31,838 nt of DNA, taken from the NCBI GenBank assembly GCA_043228905.1, contig JBHGNT010000358.1:1-31838 (forward strand), in the 5' to 3' direction. The DNA comes from Azolla caroliniana. Taxonomy: Eukaryota; Plantae; Polypodiophyta. The notes under the pieces are model-generated. The model did no database searches and was not told where the DNA came from. It worked only from the letters and a program-made list of their open reading frames with translations. A program made the position numbers and the translations under genes. This document shows positions 1 to 12,387 of the stretch, piece after piece; within the stretch, counting starts at the first letter, position 1; every line of letters starts with the position of its first letter.

Positions 1-134
1 GCGGTTAGGTTTAATGTTGCAATAAGAGGATAGGCTAGTGTGTGGCTAATTCATGGTAGCGGTGACCTACAAGATCTATATCATTGGCATCAAATTGAAA
101 ATATAAATATGTGATTGGATGTAAACAATAAGTG

Positions 135-240
135 GCCACTGTAATGGTAAAGAAGCATTTAAGTAAAGGGAAGATTGCAAAAATGATGCCACTGTAATGG
201 TAAAGAAACATTTAAGTGAAGAGAAGATTGCAAAAATGAT
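135..240. repeat. 53-bp tandem duplication (2 copies) downstream of APK
   Basis: GCCACTGTAATGGTAAAGAA...GATTGCAAAAATGAT at 135-187 and 188-240, with about 3 mismatches. Confidence 0.9.
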
Positions 241-572
241 TTGTTATGACTGATTAACTTACATGTATAACATGCTGTAAATGGGCCTTAAGTCAATCAC
301 AAGTGAGTGATATACAACAGAACCTAGTCTTTTTCCTTTTCGGCCCTGAGCCAAGGGCCATATACAAACGTCTAGAAGAGATGTTTTGAATAAATTATGA
401 AAGAGATCTGAACTAGAAGCTTCAATGGATGGTTTAGACCATATTCCCAAAGAAGGTGTCAGCTGATGTATAGGATCTACTTGGTGAAGTTTAATAAAGA
501 GATATATATATACATGTCTTTATAAGTGGCAGGCCTGCATGCCTTACATATAAAGGGAAAGAAATGGATATG

Positions 573-3500
573 TTAAGGGGGTGGAGCAAAAAAATGTCTT
601 TCCTCCAGGTATGTTATTAATAGTTCTGCCATGTGTGTGGGTGAAGGACACCGTCCTTCTATTGGTTCCATCACAATCTCACCATTCACAGGGGGTTCAT
701 ACGGATCATCAATGCCTGTAAATCCTAGATATATTTTAAGAAAACACAAACCACATTCAAGTTATACAAGCATTCACATTAAAAAAAACAACGTATATTT
801 CAGTCTCCGAAAAGCACATAGGCTGTGTGTGTGTTCATACCTTTGATCTTGCCAGCCCGAGCAAGCTTGTACAGACCTTTTGGATCCCTCTCCTCACATA
901 GTTGTAATGGAAAATTCATGTAAACCTGGATGAGAATGGAAATATAAGTAATGAGTAACATTACTGCATTCGAGCAGTAATTGAAGTTGATATTATGTAA
1001 CAATCTTCAGGAACTATGGACAAGTAAAATGTGCCCATGCGATCACTCACAGTGGTTCAATTGGATTTTTTACCCTATTTTTACACATACAACTTCCACA
1101 TAAAAGGGTACACATATTAAAGAGGAAAAGGGTGAATTTTATTAATGAGTAAACTTCCACATAAAAGGGTACACACATATTGAAGAGGAAAAGGGTGAAT
1201 TTTATTAAGGGAAAAGTACCAGGATACCCCTGGAAGTTCGTCTATTTACCAGAATGCCCCTAGAAGTTCCAAATTTACCAAACTACCCCTATGCCCAAAA
1301 AATCACACTTTATAAAGTAATTATACACTCAAATCTACAAGCCCTATTTACCAAAGATGGAAGAAATGGACCCGAACTAGCCTTATTTACCAAAGATTTG
1401 AGTGTATAATTACTTTAGAAAGTGTAATTTTTTGGACATAGGGGTAGTTTGGTGAATTTGGAACTTCCAGGGGCATTCTGGTAAATAGACGAACTTCCAG
1501 GGGTATCCTGGTACTTTTCCCTTTTATTAATGAGTAAACTTCCACATAAAAGGGTACACACATATTGAAGAGGAAAAGGGTGAATTTTATTAATGAAAAT
1601 CCAAAAAATAAGCAGTGTCATGTGAAAGCACGCAATATAGAGGTTTTACGTCCCATTGACGAAACTGTAGCAGATGGTTGTCTAGAACCTTCTTGCATAC
1701 AAGTCACACCATGATTACTACGCACTTTTCATACCATATTGTAACCTAGAGGACATGGGCACATTTACCTCAATAAATTCCCCTTCTTCTACAAGTCTAC
1801 GACACGCATCTCTGTCTTTCCTGTATGGTGAAATCAGACTGGCGATGCAAATGATGCCCGCATCCACAAAGAGCTTGGCAACCTCCCCTATTAACAGAAA
1901 TAGAAGTAAATCAATTTATGCCCATAAATGGTAATGGAACTAAAAATAAGAAAACGAATGAAATGGCGAAAATGAAAAACCAATGCCTCATTTAATAAGA
2001 GAGAAAAAAACAAGTCAAGTGCCAAAACTTGTAACTGATACCTCATTAAGAGATAAAAAAACCAGAGTTTTTTAAGCACATGGTGACTTGCAGAAAAAGA
2101 GAACATATGACTGAGCTGTCATTATCTTACCAACACGTCGAATGTTTTCAGTGCGATCCTCTGCTGAAAAACTCAAATTATTATTGAGTCCATGCCGTAA
2201 ATTATCACCATCCAACACATAGCTCAGTTTCCCTCTACTCAAAAGAGCATGGTCCAATGCACATGCCAATGTACTCTTCCCTGAGAAAAAATTGTCCAAG
2301 TTATGTCCTGGGAAACTATACACACCTCTTAGAACTCAACATAATGACAATTTATGCAACAGCACCAAGATTATCAACAACTCTAGTACATCACTGTGAA
2401 AGCTCCAATAATCTCATGTCATTTCTCACCTAGAATTACAGAGTTATCCTGGCTCTAGGGTTGGTGTTCTCATTTGATTTGATAGAATAAATTGGTGAGA
2501 TGATGAAGGATTGTAGCCTAGACTACAATGTTTATGGTAATTCGACCATTTTTAGTACTTCAATGTTCATTATGAAGCTTAAAAATGAGAATTGTCAGTA
2601 ATCTGATGCAGAAACATACTCTTAAGCTGTATCCACAGACTTTCAAATCGTCATCACAATTAAATTTTACTTTACTTTTATTAGCATGTACATTAACAAA
2701 TCTTAGCATTTTTGTGAATCTGATAACTCACATATGTTGTGGTGTAGGTTGAAAATAATTTTTGTGTGGTATTACTATGACTTATTTGGTCTTTCTCACC
2801 ATCTTTTTCATTGTGTCATCATAGAAAACATCAATATTCCCCAACAATAGCTAGCCCTCTTTAAAGGTAGAAAGTAAAGTGAAGAATACTTCAAGCAAGT
2901 AATAGTCACTACCTGACCCACTAAGTCCTGTGATCCATATCACACAACCCTTCTGACCAATCAGTTTTTGCCTTTCAGCCTTTTGCACCATGCATGTTTG
3001 CCAGACAATATTTGTAGATTTCCCCACTGTTGTCGCTGGGGGATATATTATACCTTCAAAAGGATAGAAATGCTTTGTCAAGCAAGAGTTGTGCACAGAA
3101 TTCACCGCAAGTAAAAAAAAACAGTCCTAGTCAGGAAAAGATAATCGGTTGAAGATAAAAAAGAGATTAAACGTAAGTCTCAAAATATGGTTGTCTTTAG
3201 TAATATACAGATCTCTTTAACCAAAAAAAGAAAAAACAGGGCCAAAGAACATATTTATGTTTGCTAATTCAGTAATTGATTATAAGAAATCTTAATTACA
3301 CTGCTGAAAACCACATTTATCTTTAAGAATACTTCTTTGCCCATGAGAACGACTAACACAAGGCCAGAAACTAGTATTGCCTTTGATACTCTAGATCTTC
3401 CAGCAGAAAGTGTGACTCGATTCAAGGCCGAAACTTGTCTTGTCTTTATTGATCTAGCCAGCATAAGAATGACTAAATACAATGGTCAATCAAAAACACG

Positions 3501-3926
3501 GAACTATCTTTGATAATCCAGATCTTGTCTTAACTAAAAAAAAATGGACACTACACATAAAAATGCGGATTTCCAACCTGGAATTGAAGTGACATCCTTG
3601 TTTGGATTTGGAGATATTCCATCAAGGCCAACACGTCTATCATGGACATCTGTTGCAGTTTGCTGTTGGAGAGTGAAAGAACTGCGTAGTGTTTGAAAAT
3701 TCAAAGAAGACGACGATAATGCATCGGACCACAACGATGGTGAGTGCGATGGCAATGAAGCTGCTTCTTCGTCGTGTCTGATACAGAGGCAGAGTGGAAG
3801 CTTGCGGGAGCGTGTGGTGAAGAATGTCTGAACAGGAACAGAAACCCTAATGCGATGGAATGGGAGAGAGAGATTTGTTGTCGCTGCTGCTCCTGCTGCT
3901 GCTTCTGCTGTGGGTTGAGGACGCAT
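573..3926 (-). CDS. APK: Adenylyl-sulfate (APS) kinase, about 325 aa, probably with an N-terminal plastid transit peptide
   Basis: Exons on the minus strand: 3926-3578, 3035-2913, 2280-2131, 1887-1769, 925-841, 724-573. All introns are GT-AG with consistent phases, 978 nt in total. Motifs: [10 protein letters not shown]-loop [82 protein letters not shown]. Exon 1 is Ser/Ala/Arg-rich. The start ATG at 3926 (context AAAGCCATG) is the least certain part. Confidence 0.95.
1091..1596. repeat. Three copies of a 61-63-bp tandem repeat in APK intron 4, the second interrupted by a MITE
   Basis: AACTTCCACATAAAAGGGTACAC...GGTGAATTTTATTAATGA starts at 1091, 1152 and 1537. Confidence 0.9.
1209..1521. mobile_element. 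Mutator-like (MULE) MITE / foldback element, 313 bp
   Basis: 128-bp near-perfect TIRs (1209-1336 and 1394-1521) starting GGGAAAAGTACCAGGATACCCC. Perfect 9-bp TSD TTTTATTAA at 1200-1208 and 1522-1530. Long G-starting TIRs with a 9-bp TSD are Mutator superfamily hallmarks. Confidence 0.92.
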
Positions 3927-3995
3927 GGCTTTGGGAGCAATTCGAAAGCAAAGGCGATGAACAATACAGACAGGGGTCTCATACACACATATGTT

Positions 3996-4115
3996 ACATA
4001 TATATATACATGCATGATGTATGTAGGTATGTATGCATGGATGGATGGATGGATGGATGGATGGATGTATATGTATGGATGGATGGATGTATGGATGTAT
4101 GGATGAATGTATGGA

Positions 4116-4184
<69 letters not shown>

Positions 4185-4263
4185 ATGGTTGGTTGGTTGG
4201 TTGGATGGATGGATAGATGCATGCATGCATGTATGGATGTATGTATGGATGCATGCATGCATG
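3996..4263. repeat. Compound microsatellite (TA)n/(ATGG)n/(GT)30/(GGTT)n/(ATGC)n upstream of APK
   Basis: Directly visible. It generates the spurious His/Thr, Val/Cys and Trp/Met/Asp ORFs in the ORF track. Confidence 0.97.
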
Positions 4264-7200
4264 TGGGTATGTTTCTTATCATTGCTTTGCTTGCCAACAC
4301 ATGTATGTATATGGGCTCATTGTGTGATAGCATTATGTCGGTGCTAGCATAACTATCTCTCTGGGTTGATCAACATCACTTTCTTCAGTTCGCTCAGCTC
4401 GATGCTCGCGTCACATCGATGCGAGAAGAGTGTGTATGTGTGTGCACGCGCGCGCGACTAGGGCGCACACTCGCTATCACATGCTTTCCAGATGCTATGT
4501 TGCGTCGATGAAGGCAGGAAAGCAAAGATAGAGAAACGTGCCCTCGGTGTTACTTCTTCTTATTCTTTTCCATATGGCACATTGCTTGGACTAGTTGAGT
4601 GTGAGCTTGAGTTGAGTGTGTCGTTGAGTGAGCGATGCATATAAAAAAAAAAGGGCACGTGGAATTTGCACCCCTAGCCTTGTTTTTTTTTACCACATTC
4701 TCACATTTGATCGAGGGAATTCCATCGATTTGTATGTGTGATACATATATTCTATTTATGAGTGTAACATTGTATTCCTATGTCGGGGGGCTCTTTTCAG
4801 CCATCTCACTCTCGTAGCCTCCACGCATTTGGAATGTCTCCCAAAGTCTGGTATTCGATGGTTTGTGCATATGGACATGATCATGGTCATTTGTCATAAC
4901 ATCTCATAATAAATCCCAAGAGTTTCTCATAAAACATATAAATCAAGTGAATGTTATCATAAATTATTCCGACAAATATGGCGATTAGGTTGGTCACAAG
5001 GTATGTGTGTTTACAACACGAGACAATCTAAACTCCAAAGCTTCAAATGTCCCTCTCTCGAAATTCTCAGCCTCGATCGTGCCTCTTCTTTTATGCATGC
5101 ATGGTACCTTGCTTCACGAGAAATCATGATTTGGGCCATTGGATCTAGTCACTTTCTTTTTTGCAACATCCGCATATACTTTGATGCCAAGTTCAAAGAT
5201 AAACGTGGATTTGGGCCATTGAATGTAGTCATGTTTTAATCGAATGAATTGTCAATGGATCAAGTCACCTTCTTGGCATGAATAGTCAAGGTCTTCTTTT
5301 TAGACATTCATTAATTATTTGCTTGCCATTTATTTTTATTTATTGAAACTCTCCAAACACCAACACGTGGGTAGTTTCAGAGTGAATCATGATCAACTTT
5401 ACAAAGAAAAATGAAATTTGATTATTTTATAGTGCAGCAACTAAGGTATATTAAAACATAACATCTTGATATATCGTACATCCTTTTTGTTTACAAATAT
5501 TCATATACTTAAAAGTCAACAAGAGATCAACTAGTTGTAGTTTCCAAGACATGAAATCTAAATGTGTTAAAATTGGTTTCAAGTCATGCTTATCTTCTAT
5601 TGTACTTTCGCTACAATACATCAAAGGTATGTATAAACATTATTTATTTGCATGTTCTAGAGTTGTGTGTGTGTGTTGAGCATTGAACTAGTACATGTGT
5701 CGTGCTTGAAAGCATGTAATCATATGTCAAGTTTTTACAATAAGCTTTTGTATGATGTCTTCTTGTCATATATCATCGTGTTTTACAAAAACCCATGCAT
5801 GATAATGCGAGACCCATACACTTTGGCCTCTATAAAGGCACTAATATAGTGTTTCTCTCTGTACAAGTTGGAAATAACACAACATTTTCCTTGAGATTGG
5901 AAATACATTATACAAAACAAATATTAAGAACTAAATAGCACAACTGCATACGATGGAATAGGTTAAAATAAGATACACATGTGTGTGAGAGAGAGAATAT
6001 ATTGCTTAAGAACTTGTATTACGAAATGGAGGAGGATTAAAATCTACCTAATTCAATTGTTAATCAACTTGTAGTCATTACTTTATAGAAAGAGGCGGCT
6101 TGTTTATATAAGCACTTATTCAAGTGCACATAAGAGTTGGGAACAATATAACAATCACGAGACAGCTTGCAAGATATTTAACATATGCACTTCATCCAAT
6201 ATAAAAAAGACATATTCCATCTGTAAAGTCAAAGGTAGACTTTAGCACACACAAACACATCTTGAGGAATCTATAGATGAGTTTATTATCTCCACATGCT
6301 CCTTCGAGTTCAATAGCATCGTGCGATCATTTGTATGGCGAACTTGGATTTTCCCATTATGCTCCTCTTAGCGTTTCGGTATTCCCTCTCAAGTTTAACA
6401 AGCCAAGCCAAGTGTATACAAAGCATGTGCCCTTGAGAGCTACCCATCCTTGGGCATGAGCTACTTCTATGAAGCTCTATTGATTGGGGATGCCATGACC
6501 ATCATGTGGAGGTTGCATATTGTTGTATCATGTAATATCATAGCCAAACAAGACCATTGGTTTGTTCTTGTGGCTTTAGCAATGTATTTGCTTACATGGC
6601 TTTTGTAAGGCTTTCTACACTCGGGTGTATTGAGGGTAAGAAGTAGCAAGAGGTTGGGCCTCTATGAAGGAGATCACATGATCATTTAGGAGTCATGCCC
6701 TTGATCAATAAAGCACCATGCTATTGTTTAGTGATGGGATAAATGAATTAGACACATCATTATACTCGAAGCCTCATAACATTACTTGATAACACACATA
6801 AAATAAGGAATGTAGAGAGGGAGAGAGAGACGCACGCACACAGGCACATGACAACAACACTATTTCCTTAGAAACTTTATAGATTACTCTTATCGCCCTA
6901 ACAATTGAGCTTTTACAAAAAAGGTTTTTATGCAAAATTACAATTCAACATAAATATAAGGTACAAAGAAAAATGCATTTGGGAAATCTCTAAGGCTAAT
7001 TTGCTAAATCCCAAAATGCTTTCATGTTGTATGTTATATGTATTGGACTTCTTCTTCTTAAATTTTACATATGATAATTGGAACTACATATCATTTACTA
7101 GATGTCTAATATAGGGATTGAAGTGTGCGCAAGTACTCGACAAAAGCTTAATTGCCTTTTTTATTGCATATAAAACTTTTAATGCTCTTTTAAACTATAT

Positions 7201-7306
7201 GATAAGTTGTTTAATAAATGTATTTAATTAAAATTGAATTAATGAGGTCTCCAATTGTAAATAGTGATGATAGAAGTTGAATAATTGTATTTACTCGATG
7301 ATAATT

Positions 7307-7915
7307 CTTCTCCTTTTCTTCTTTTTCCAAAAAAAGGATACTACATTAGTATTAAGAAACGCCCTAAGGCTATACATAAAATATGTATCTTCCGATAATG
7401 AGCCCTTTTTCTAAATTGTAATCGTCGACTTAAATAAACATGTCGGTGTAAAGTAGAACCACTCCACCTTATAAAAAATCCATCTATAAAATATACCTTT
7501 GTCCCAGATGGCATGAAACTCCAATCATTTCAACTTTGCCTAGTGCGTATTACCTTTTATGTTATCCAGTTAACCTTTGAGTTTATGCACAATCAAAATC
7601 GAAATCCTAGAAATTATGTGGGCATGTCTTTCAATCACATTGTACAATCACCCATAATATTGCTCCCCATGTATACACTGCTCGAGGATATATTGGTATT
7701 AACTGTGTTATGATTCTTTTCCATATTTCCATCACAAAGTCACAACTCCACAAACAATGCTTAGCAGTTTCTACCATGTCTGTACAAAAAGGGCACATAT
7801 TGTTTGCTTTCCACTTTCACTAACCATTAATTGGTATACCTCTATGAACCAACAACCAACAAAAACAAACAATTTTCTTACTCATTTTCCTTCCCCACAA
7901 CCATTTCCAAATTTG
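7307..7915 (-). mobile_element. 5'-truncated L1-type LINE fragment (zf-RVT region of ORF2, 3' UTR and A-rich tail)
   Basis: Minus-strand translation QIWKWLWGRKMSKKIVCFCWLLVHRGIP..**..MCPFCTDMVETAKHCLWSCDFVMEIWKR fits the CCHC zf-RVT pattern and has in-frame stops. A-rich tail at about 7307-7326. TSD CGATGATA(A/C)TT at 7296-7306 and 7916-7926. Confidence 0.8.
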
Positions 7916-8524
7916 CGATGATACTTTGAATTGAACATAGTGATTACGTGATTATTTAGTGCATATACTTTTATTAATTAGCCCTTATTCCTTAATGCAA
8001 TTAGAGATTCTTATAATTAAACATGCCTCAGAAAGCTCAATTATAATATTAACAAGTGCATTAATGGGCAAAGCTCCACCTGCGAATGATATAAGCTTCT
8101 AAATATTGTAATAGTTTGTGATTTTGCAATAACAAATGGTGAAGATGTTTTTTTATATAATATTTGGAATTTAATTCAGCATGTGGTCAAGATTTGCGTC
8201 TTCATGAGCTATTCAAAATTGGAATCATTAGAAAATCAATGAAATTTCAGACACAATAATAAAATTTGAGCTCTTCTTTTGAGGGTAGTGAATTGATCAA
8301 AACAATGAGGCTCGAACTTGAGAAGCATTTTGTGGAAGTTGCAAAGCCTTGCCATTTTGATTGTGTAGCCTTTAGTTAATTTGAAGCAAAGGATTTTGTC
8401 AAAGTCAATTATATCTTGTTTTTTCATAAATCGATCGACATCTCAGCTCACACTTGAGTCTTCTCTTGCTTCACATGTTAGCCCAAATCCCCCTAGAGAG
8501 CACAAACATTAAAATTGCTCCTTT

Positions 8525-9198
8525 TTTGGTGGTATTCGGCGAGATGATTGATGTGGACTTAACGAAGCAATTTTCATGGTTTGGGTAAGGATGAGTGATG
8601 ATGGTGTGGAAGCCGAAGCATATTCTCATGAGAATATGAGGAATTTAAACTCATTTTATTGTCTTTGTGTAGGAATTTGGTGGTAATCGGCGAGATGGTT
8701 GATGTGGACTTCACAAAGCAAATTGTAGGTTTTTGATAAGGATGCGTGATGATGGTGTGGGGGCCGAAGCATAAGCTCAAGAGGAGAGGAGAAATTTGAC
8801 TTAATGTGTTGTTGTATGACAGGAAGTTGGTGGTAATCGGCAAGATGGTTGATGTGGAAAGAGGAAGCATATTTGTTGAGTTGATAGTATAATGTATTGG
8901 ATCGCCTTCAAAACTACAATAGACAGGAGTAGGTTGAAGAAGTATCGAAAGGTTCATAACTATGACATGCGAGGGCTTGTTTCTGAATATAAGTACTTTG
9001 GTTGTTGTCTATGGATATGATACCTTGCATTGTATCTAAGGAATAACTTACAATTAGTGGATTGTTTTCTCTATTTTGGATTTGTTTCCTCAACTAGTGT
9101 CTTTCACAATACGGGCTGGGGGGAAAAACTTTGTATGTTGTAGCTGTTATGACCCTTTTTATGCAACTAATAGAAGGATATTTGTTTTGGAAAAAAAC
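8525..9198 (+). mobile_element. Poly(A)-tailed retroposed insertion with internal ~150-bp tandem repeats (non-autonomous non-LTR element or retrocopy)
   Basis: 20-bp TSD AACATTAAAATTG(C/T)TCCTTT at 8505-8524 and 9199-9218. Ends TTTTGGAAAAAAAC. Repeat units start TGGTGGTA at 8527, 8678 and 8828. Confidence 0.75.
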
Positions 9199-9419
9199 AA
9201 CATTAAAATTGTTCCTTTGACACGTGGAGAGGTGAGACTATAAAATTCGAAATTGAAAACTTTCACAAGAATTTGATCAAAGTATTAGACTCGAGACAAT
9301 ATTAAATCTAGACAATCCAAATTCATAGAATAATAATAGAATAATGGAGTATTTGTAAAATGAGATTGAATGTCGAGTTTTCCATAAAAGAGTCAAGAAT
9401 ATGTATGGTATTCACAACG

Positions 9420-10590
9420 TAACCCCAATCAAGTTCTCCATAACAAAATTGAAAATCCAAGAACTAATGAAAACCTTTTGTATAGATTGGAATTCCACCA
9501 ATTAAATATACGTGACATGGATGAGAACTACATAAAACGTATCACACTATCATAAAAAATAAAAAAAACTCAATGAATTTAAAGTGCTTTAATTAGATCA
9601 TCCATCTCTCAATGAACAAAATCCATAATTCAATTAAAATACTATGAATTACAAAAAATTCCAGCCAAAACTATCAATTAAAACTCCATAAAATGGATGA
9701 AATTGTCGCAATTTCTTTTATAATTTACCTCGAAATAATGAATACAATTAACCAAATTTCCTTAAAATAGATAAAAAATCATCTCCTATTAAACTCCCAT
9801 AGAACAAATTAAAATATTTAAACAAAATTAATCAAAACTTCGTAAAATAACAAATCAAGTGAACATAAAACATCAATTAAAAAGGATTAGAACTCTATGA
9901 AAAATGAACCAAACTATCATAAAAAATCAAACATAAATGGATTAAAACTCCATAGAAAAGATATCAAACTATTTATAAAAATGGATTAACAGATAAAGCA
10001 AATTGTCATAAAAAAAGAATCAAACCCACAACGTTGTAGTTCGCTAATCCAATATGTTGGCTTTAGCTTCAACAACACTCATTTGTAGATTTCCTCTTAT
10101 TTGGTTGGCCCATTTTAGGTAATATCTATCTAATTGAAAACTTTGGGTATCAATGCCACGACATTCAACTCAAGTCAAATTTAGCTTCAACCAAATCGCG
10201 GTCAACGACCAAGGTCTTCTTTATTAAGACTTGGGGTTAGTATCACAAAACCAGTAAAAGAAAGTTTTTAAATAATCCATCTAAAAAGAAAATGAAGCAA
10301 ATTGTGAACCCAAAATCAACGACAATGGATTAAAAAAACCCAAAACAAATTGTAACAATAAGGTCAATCTAGACGAATTAAAGAAATTCGTGAGAGAAAA
10401 CGAAACAAATTGCAAGAAAAGATCAATCGAGGTGGATTAAAAAATCCATGCCACCCTCTAGAAAAAACAAAATTATGATTGATCATGAAATGGGTTTTAA
10501 AACATTGAATAAAAACGGAGAAATGGATTGAACGGTCAGAGGAGATGAATTGGAAGAACCCCATTCAACACGATCAAAACAAAAATTTTG
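9420..10590. repeat. Degenerate A-rich tandem array
   Basis: Recurrent AAAACTCCATAGAA, AAACTATCATAAAAAAT and AATGGATTAAAA words with strong A skew. Confidence 0.55.
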
Positions 10591-10601
10591 ATACGCACAC
10601 T

Positions 10602-10632
<31 letters not shown>

Positions 10633-10637
10633 AATGG

Positions 10638-12008
10638 TTTTTCACAAAGAAGATTAATGGCCTTTCGAACAACAAGATCAACATTTCATATTTGGAGAGG
10701 TTATACCTTTATATGGGATAAGTTGCAATATTTACCATCATTGTATGAGCCAAATCTTGATTTAGATGGGGGATCTCAAAAGCTTGATTGGATGTTTGTT
10801 GGAAATAAGACATCAACTATGATTTCAACTAATGATGTTTATCACATATTGATTGACAAACACAAGTGGATGGAAGAAAGGGTTTTAAAGATATGGGGTT
10901 TTCATAAGCCCATTACTTGGTGGTTTCATGTGATTAAGGCAAGTTGGTGTTCTCAATTGATGCTACAAGCTAACAATCGGCAACGGTTCGGTTCGGTTCG
11001 AGGGGGTCCAAACCAAACCGGTTTGGAACCGAACCATTTAAAATTTTTGAAACCTGAACCAAACCAAACTGTGAAACCGAACTGTTTAAATTTTTTCAAA
11101 CCATTAAACCGTAAAAACTGCAGTTTCGGTTTTCAACATATGTCAAATTTTTAATTTTTTAAAATTTATAATATTTCATTTTTTAGAATTTTTAAAATGT
11201 TCCTAAAATGTGAGAATAAGGTGTAAAATGAAAAGATTGTTTTAAAACAAATTTAAAAAATTTTATTAAAATTTTATTAATAAAAATTAAAAACCGTTAA
11301 ACTGTTTAAACCACGGTTTTTGACTATTGAAACCAAACCAAACTGTTTTAATAAATCTAAACTTGAACCGAATCGTTGCCGATTGTTACTACGAGCTAAG
11401 GTATTCATTTGGAGAGTTATGGTTGGAGTGTTGTCATTGGGGGCTGCATTAATCAAAGGAAACATTGCTAATGGAATGCGTTTCTTTCTTTTTGTGGAAT
11501 TGGAATATAGTAGGCATCAATTTCTTTCATGCATGATGGCTACGATGGTTTGGTGATGTATCAATTTAGTGTAGATGTCTCTAACTGGAGTAAGACTATC
11601 TTCCTTTATTTGGGTTTTTGCATGTATGACGAGCAATGAAATGTTGCCTCATTTCTAAATTATATTTTGAGTTCTCGAGGTATTGGGGGCTATGGTTCAT
11701 TTGGAATATGTGGAATGCCTTAACGTTTGATTTGTAACTTGGGGTGAGAAACTATGTTGTAAAGTTAAATGAAATTCTTTTGTGGCAATTGACAGTGCTA
11801 AAGAAGTAATGAAATCTCATCAACAAGGAGAAAGAACGATGCAAAGTCACATATAATCATATTTGCAATTTTAATTAGTGTGTAGGGTAGCATCGGGTTT
11901 TTAGTTGTAGTAGTATTTAGATCCCTATCAGGGTTCTATACTTAGTTGTAAGTTAGTCATGGTGCTATTTTTTTCTTTCATAATGAAAGCAATTCTTTAT
12001 AAAGAAAA
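10638..12008 (+). mobile_element. 5'-truncated L1-type LINE fragment (ORF2 C-terminus/zf-RVT), interrupted by a hAT MITE
   Basis: With the MITE and one TSD removed, the frame reads WWFHVIKASWCSQLML(Q/R)AKVFIWRVMVGVLSLGAALIKGNIANGMRFFLFVELEYSRHQFLSCMMATMVW, a degenerate zf-RVT motif. A-rich end at about 12001-12008. Degenerate TSD GAGG(C)TA(A/G)ATGG at 10627-10637 and 12012-12023. Confidence 0.8.
10971..11388. mobile_element. hAT-superfamily MITE, 418 bp
   Basis: 24-bp TIRs TAACAATCGGCAACG(G/A)TTCGGTTC (10971-10994 and 11365-11388). 8-bp TSD CTAC(A/G)AGC (10963-10970 and 11389-11396). Many subterminal AACCG/CGGTT repeats. Confidence 0.92.
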
Positions 12009-12013
12009 TGTGA

Positions 12014-12305
12014 GGCTAGATGGATGTAGCTCAGTTGGTAAAGTTGCCCAATGGAGACTAGGACATAATGGGTTCAACCCCAACATTCCATAGGGCCATC
12101 TAGTAAATCAAGAAGAAAAAGAAAGAAAGATATATTAACGTATTCTAAGGCCAAAATTTGGCCCATGAGACAATTGGTACTACAATAAAATAGGGTGTCT
12201 ACCCAAGACATATCTATGGAGTAATGGAGATGTCAGAAAATTGGGTTTTGAAAACCCAAGACATAATGCTAGCAGTGTAACAACTTACCATTAGGGTAAT
12301 AAAAA
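12014..12305 (+). mobile_element. tRNA-derived SINE, copy 1
   Basis: tRNA-like head at 12021-12090 with A box TAGCTCAGTTGG and B box GGTTCAACCCC. Body AATTGGGTTT..AACCCAAGACATA..TGTAACAACTTACCA is shared with the copy at 21256. A-tail followed by GAGAGAGA. Confidence 0.8.
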
Positions 12306-12319
12306 GAGAGAGACAATAA

Positions 12320-12387
12320 GTCAGATAGATGTAGCTAAATTGGTATAGTAATTCATTGGAGATCAAGGGGTCATGGGTTCAACCCCT
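12320..12387 (+). mobile_element. tRNA-derived SINE head, copy 2 (truncated)
   Basis: GATGTAGCTAAATTGGTA...TGGAGATCAAGGGGTCATGGGTTCAACCCC, with A and B boxes. Confidence 0.7.

Noticed and set aside
3701-4352. Overlapping His/Thr-, Val/Cys- and Trp/Met-rich ORFs, including a 112-aa in-frame extension of APK from ATG 4262
   Set aside because: They are translations of a stop-poor compound microsatellite with no other sign of coding.
5128-5270. GATTTGGGCCATTG.AT.TAGTCA repeated twice as DNA-transposon subterminal repeats
   Set aside because: No TIRs or TSD could be located, so an element cannot be defined.
10588-11556. 188-aa and 78-aa ORFs as host genes
   Set aside because: They are chimeras of (GA)n, LINE ORF2 remnant and MITE sequence.
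12021-12090. Functional tRNA gene (also 21263-21335)
   Set aside because: D and anticodon arms do not pair properly, the copies diverge from each other, and each continues into a shared non-tRNA body and A-tail, which indicates a SINE.
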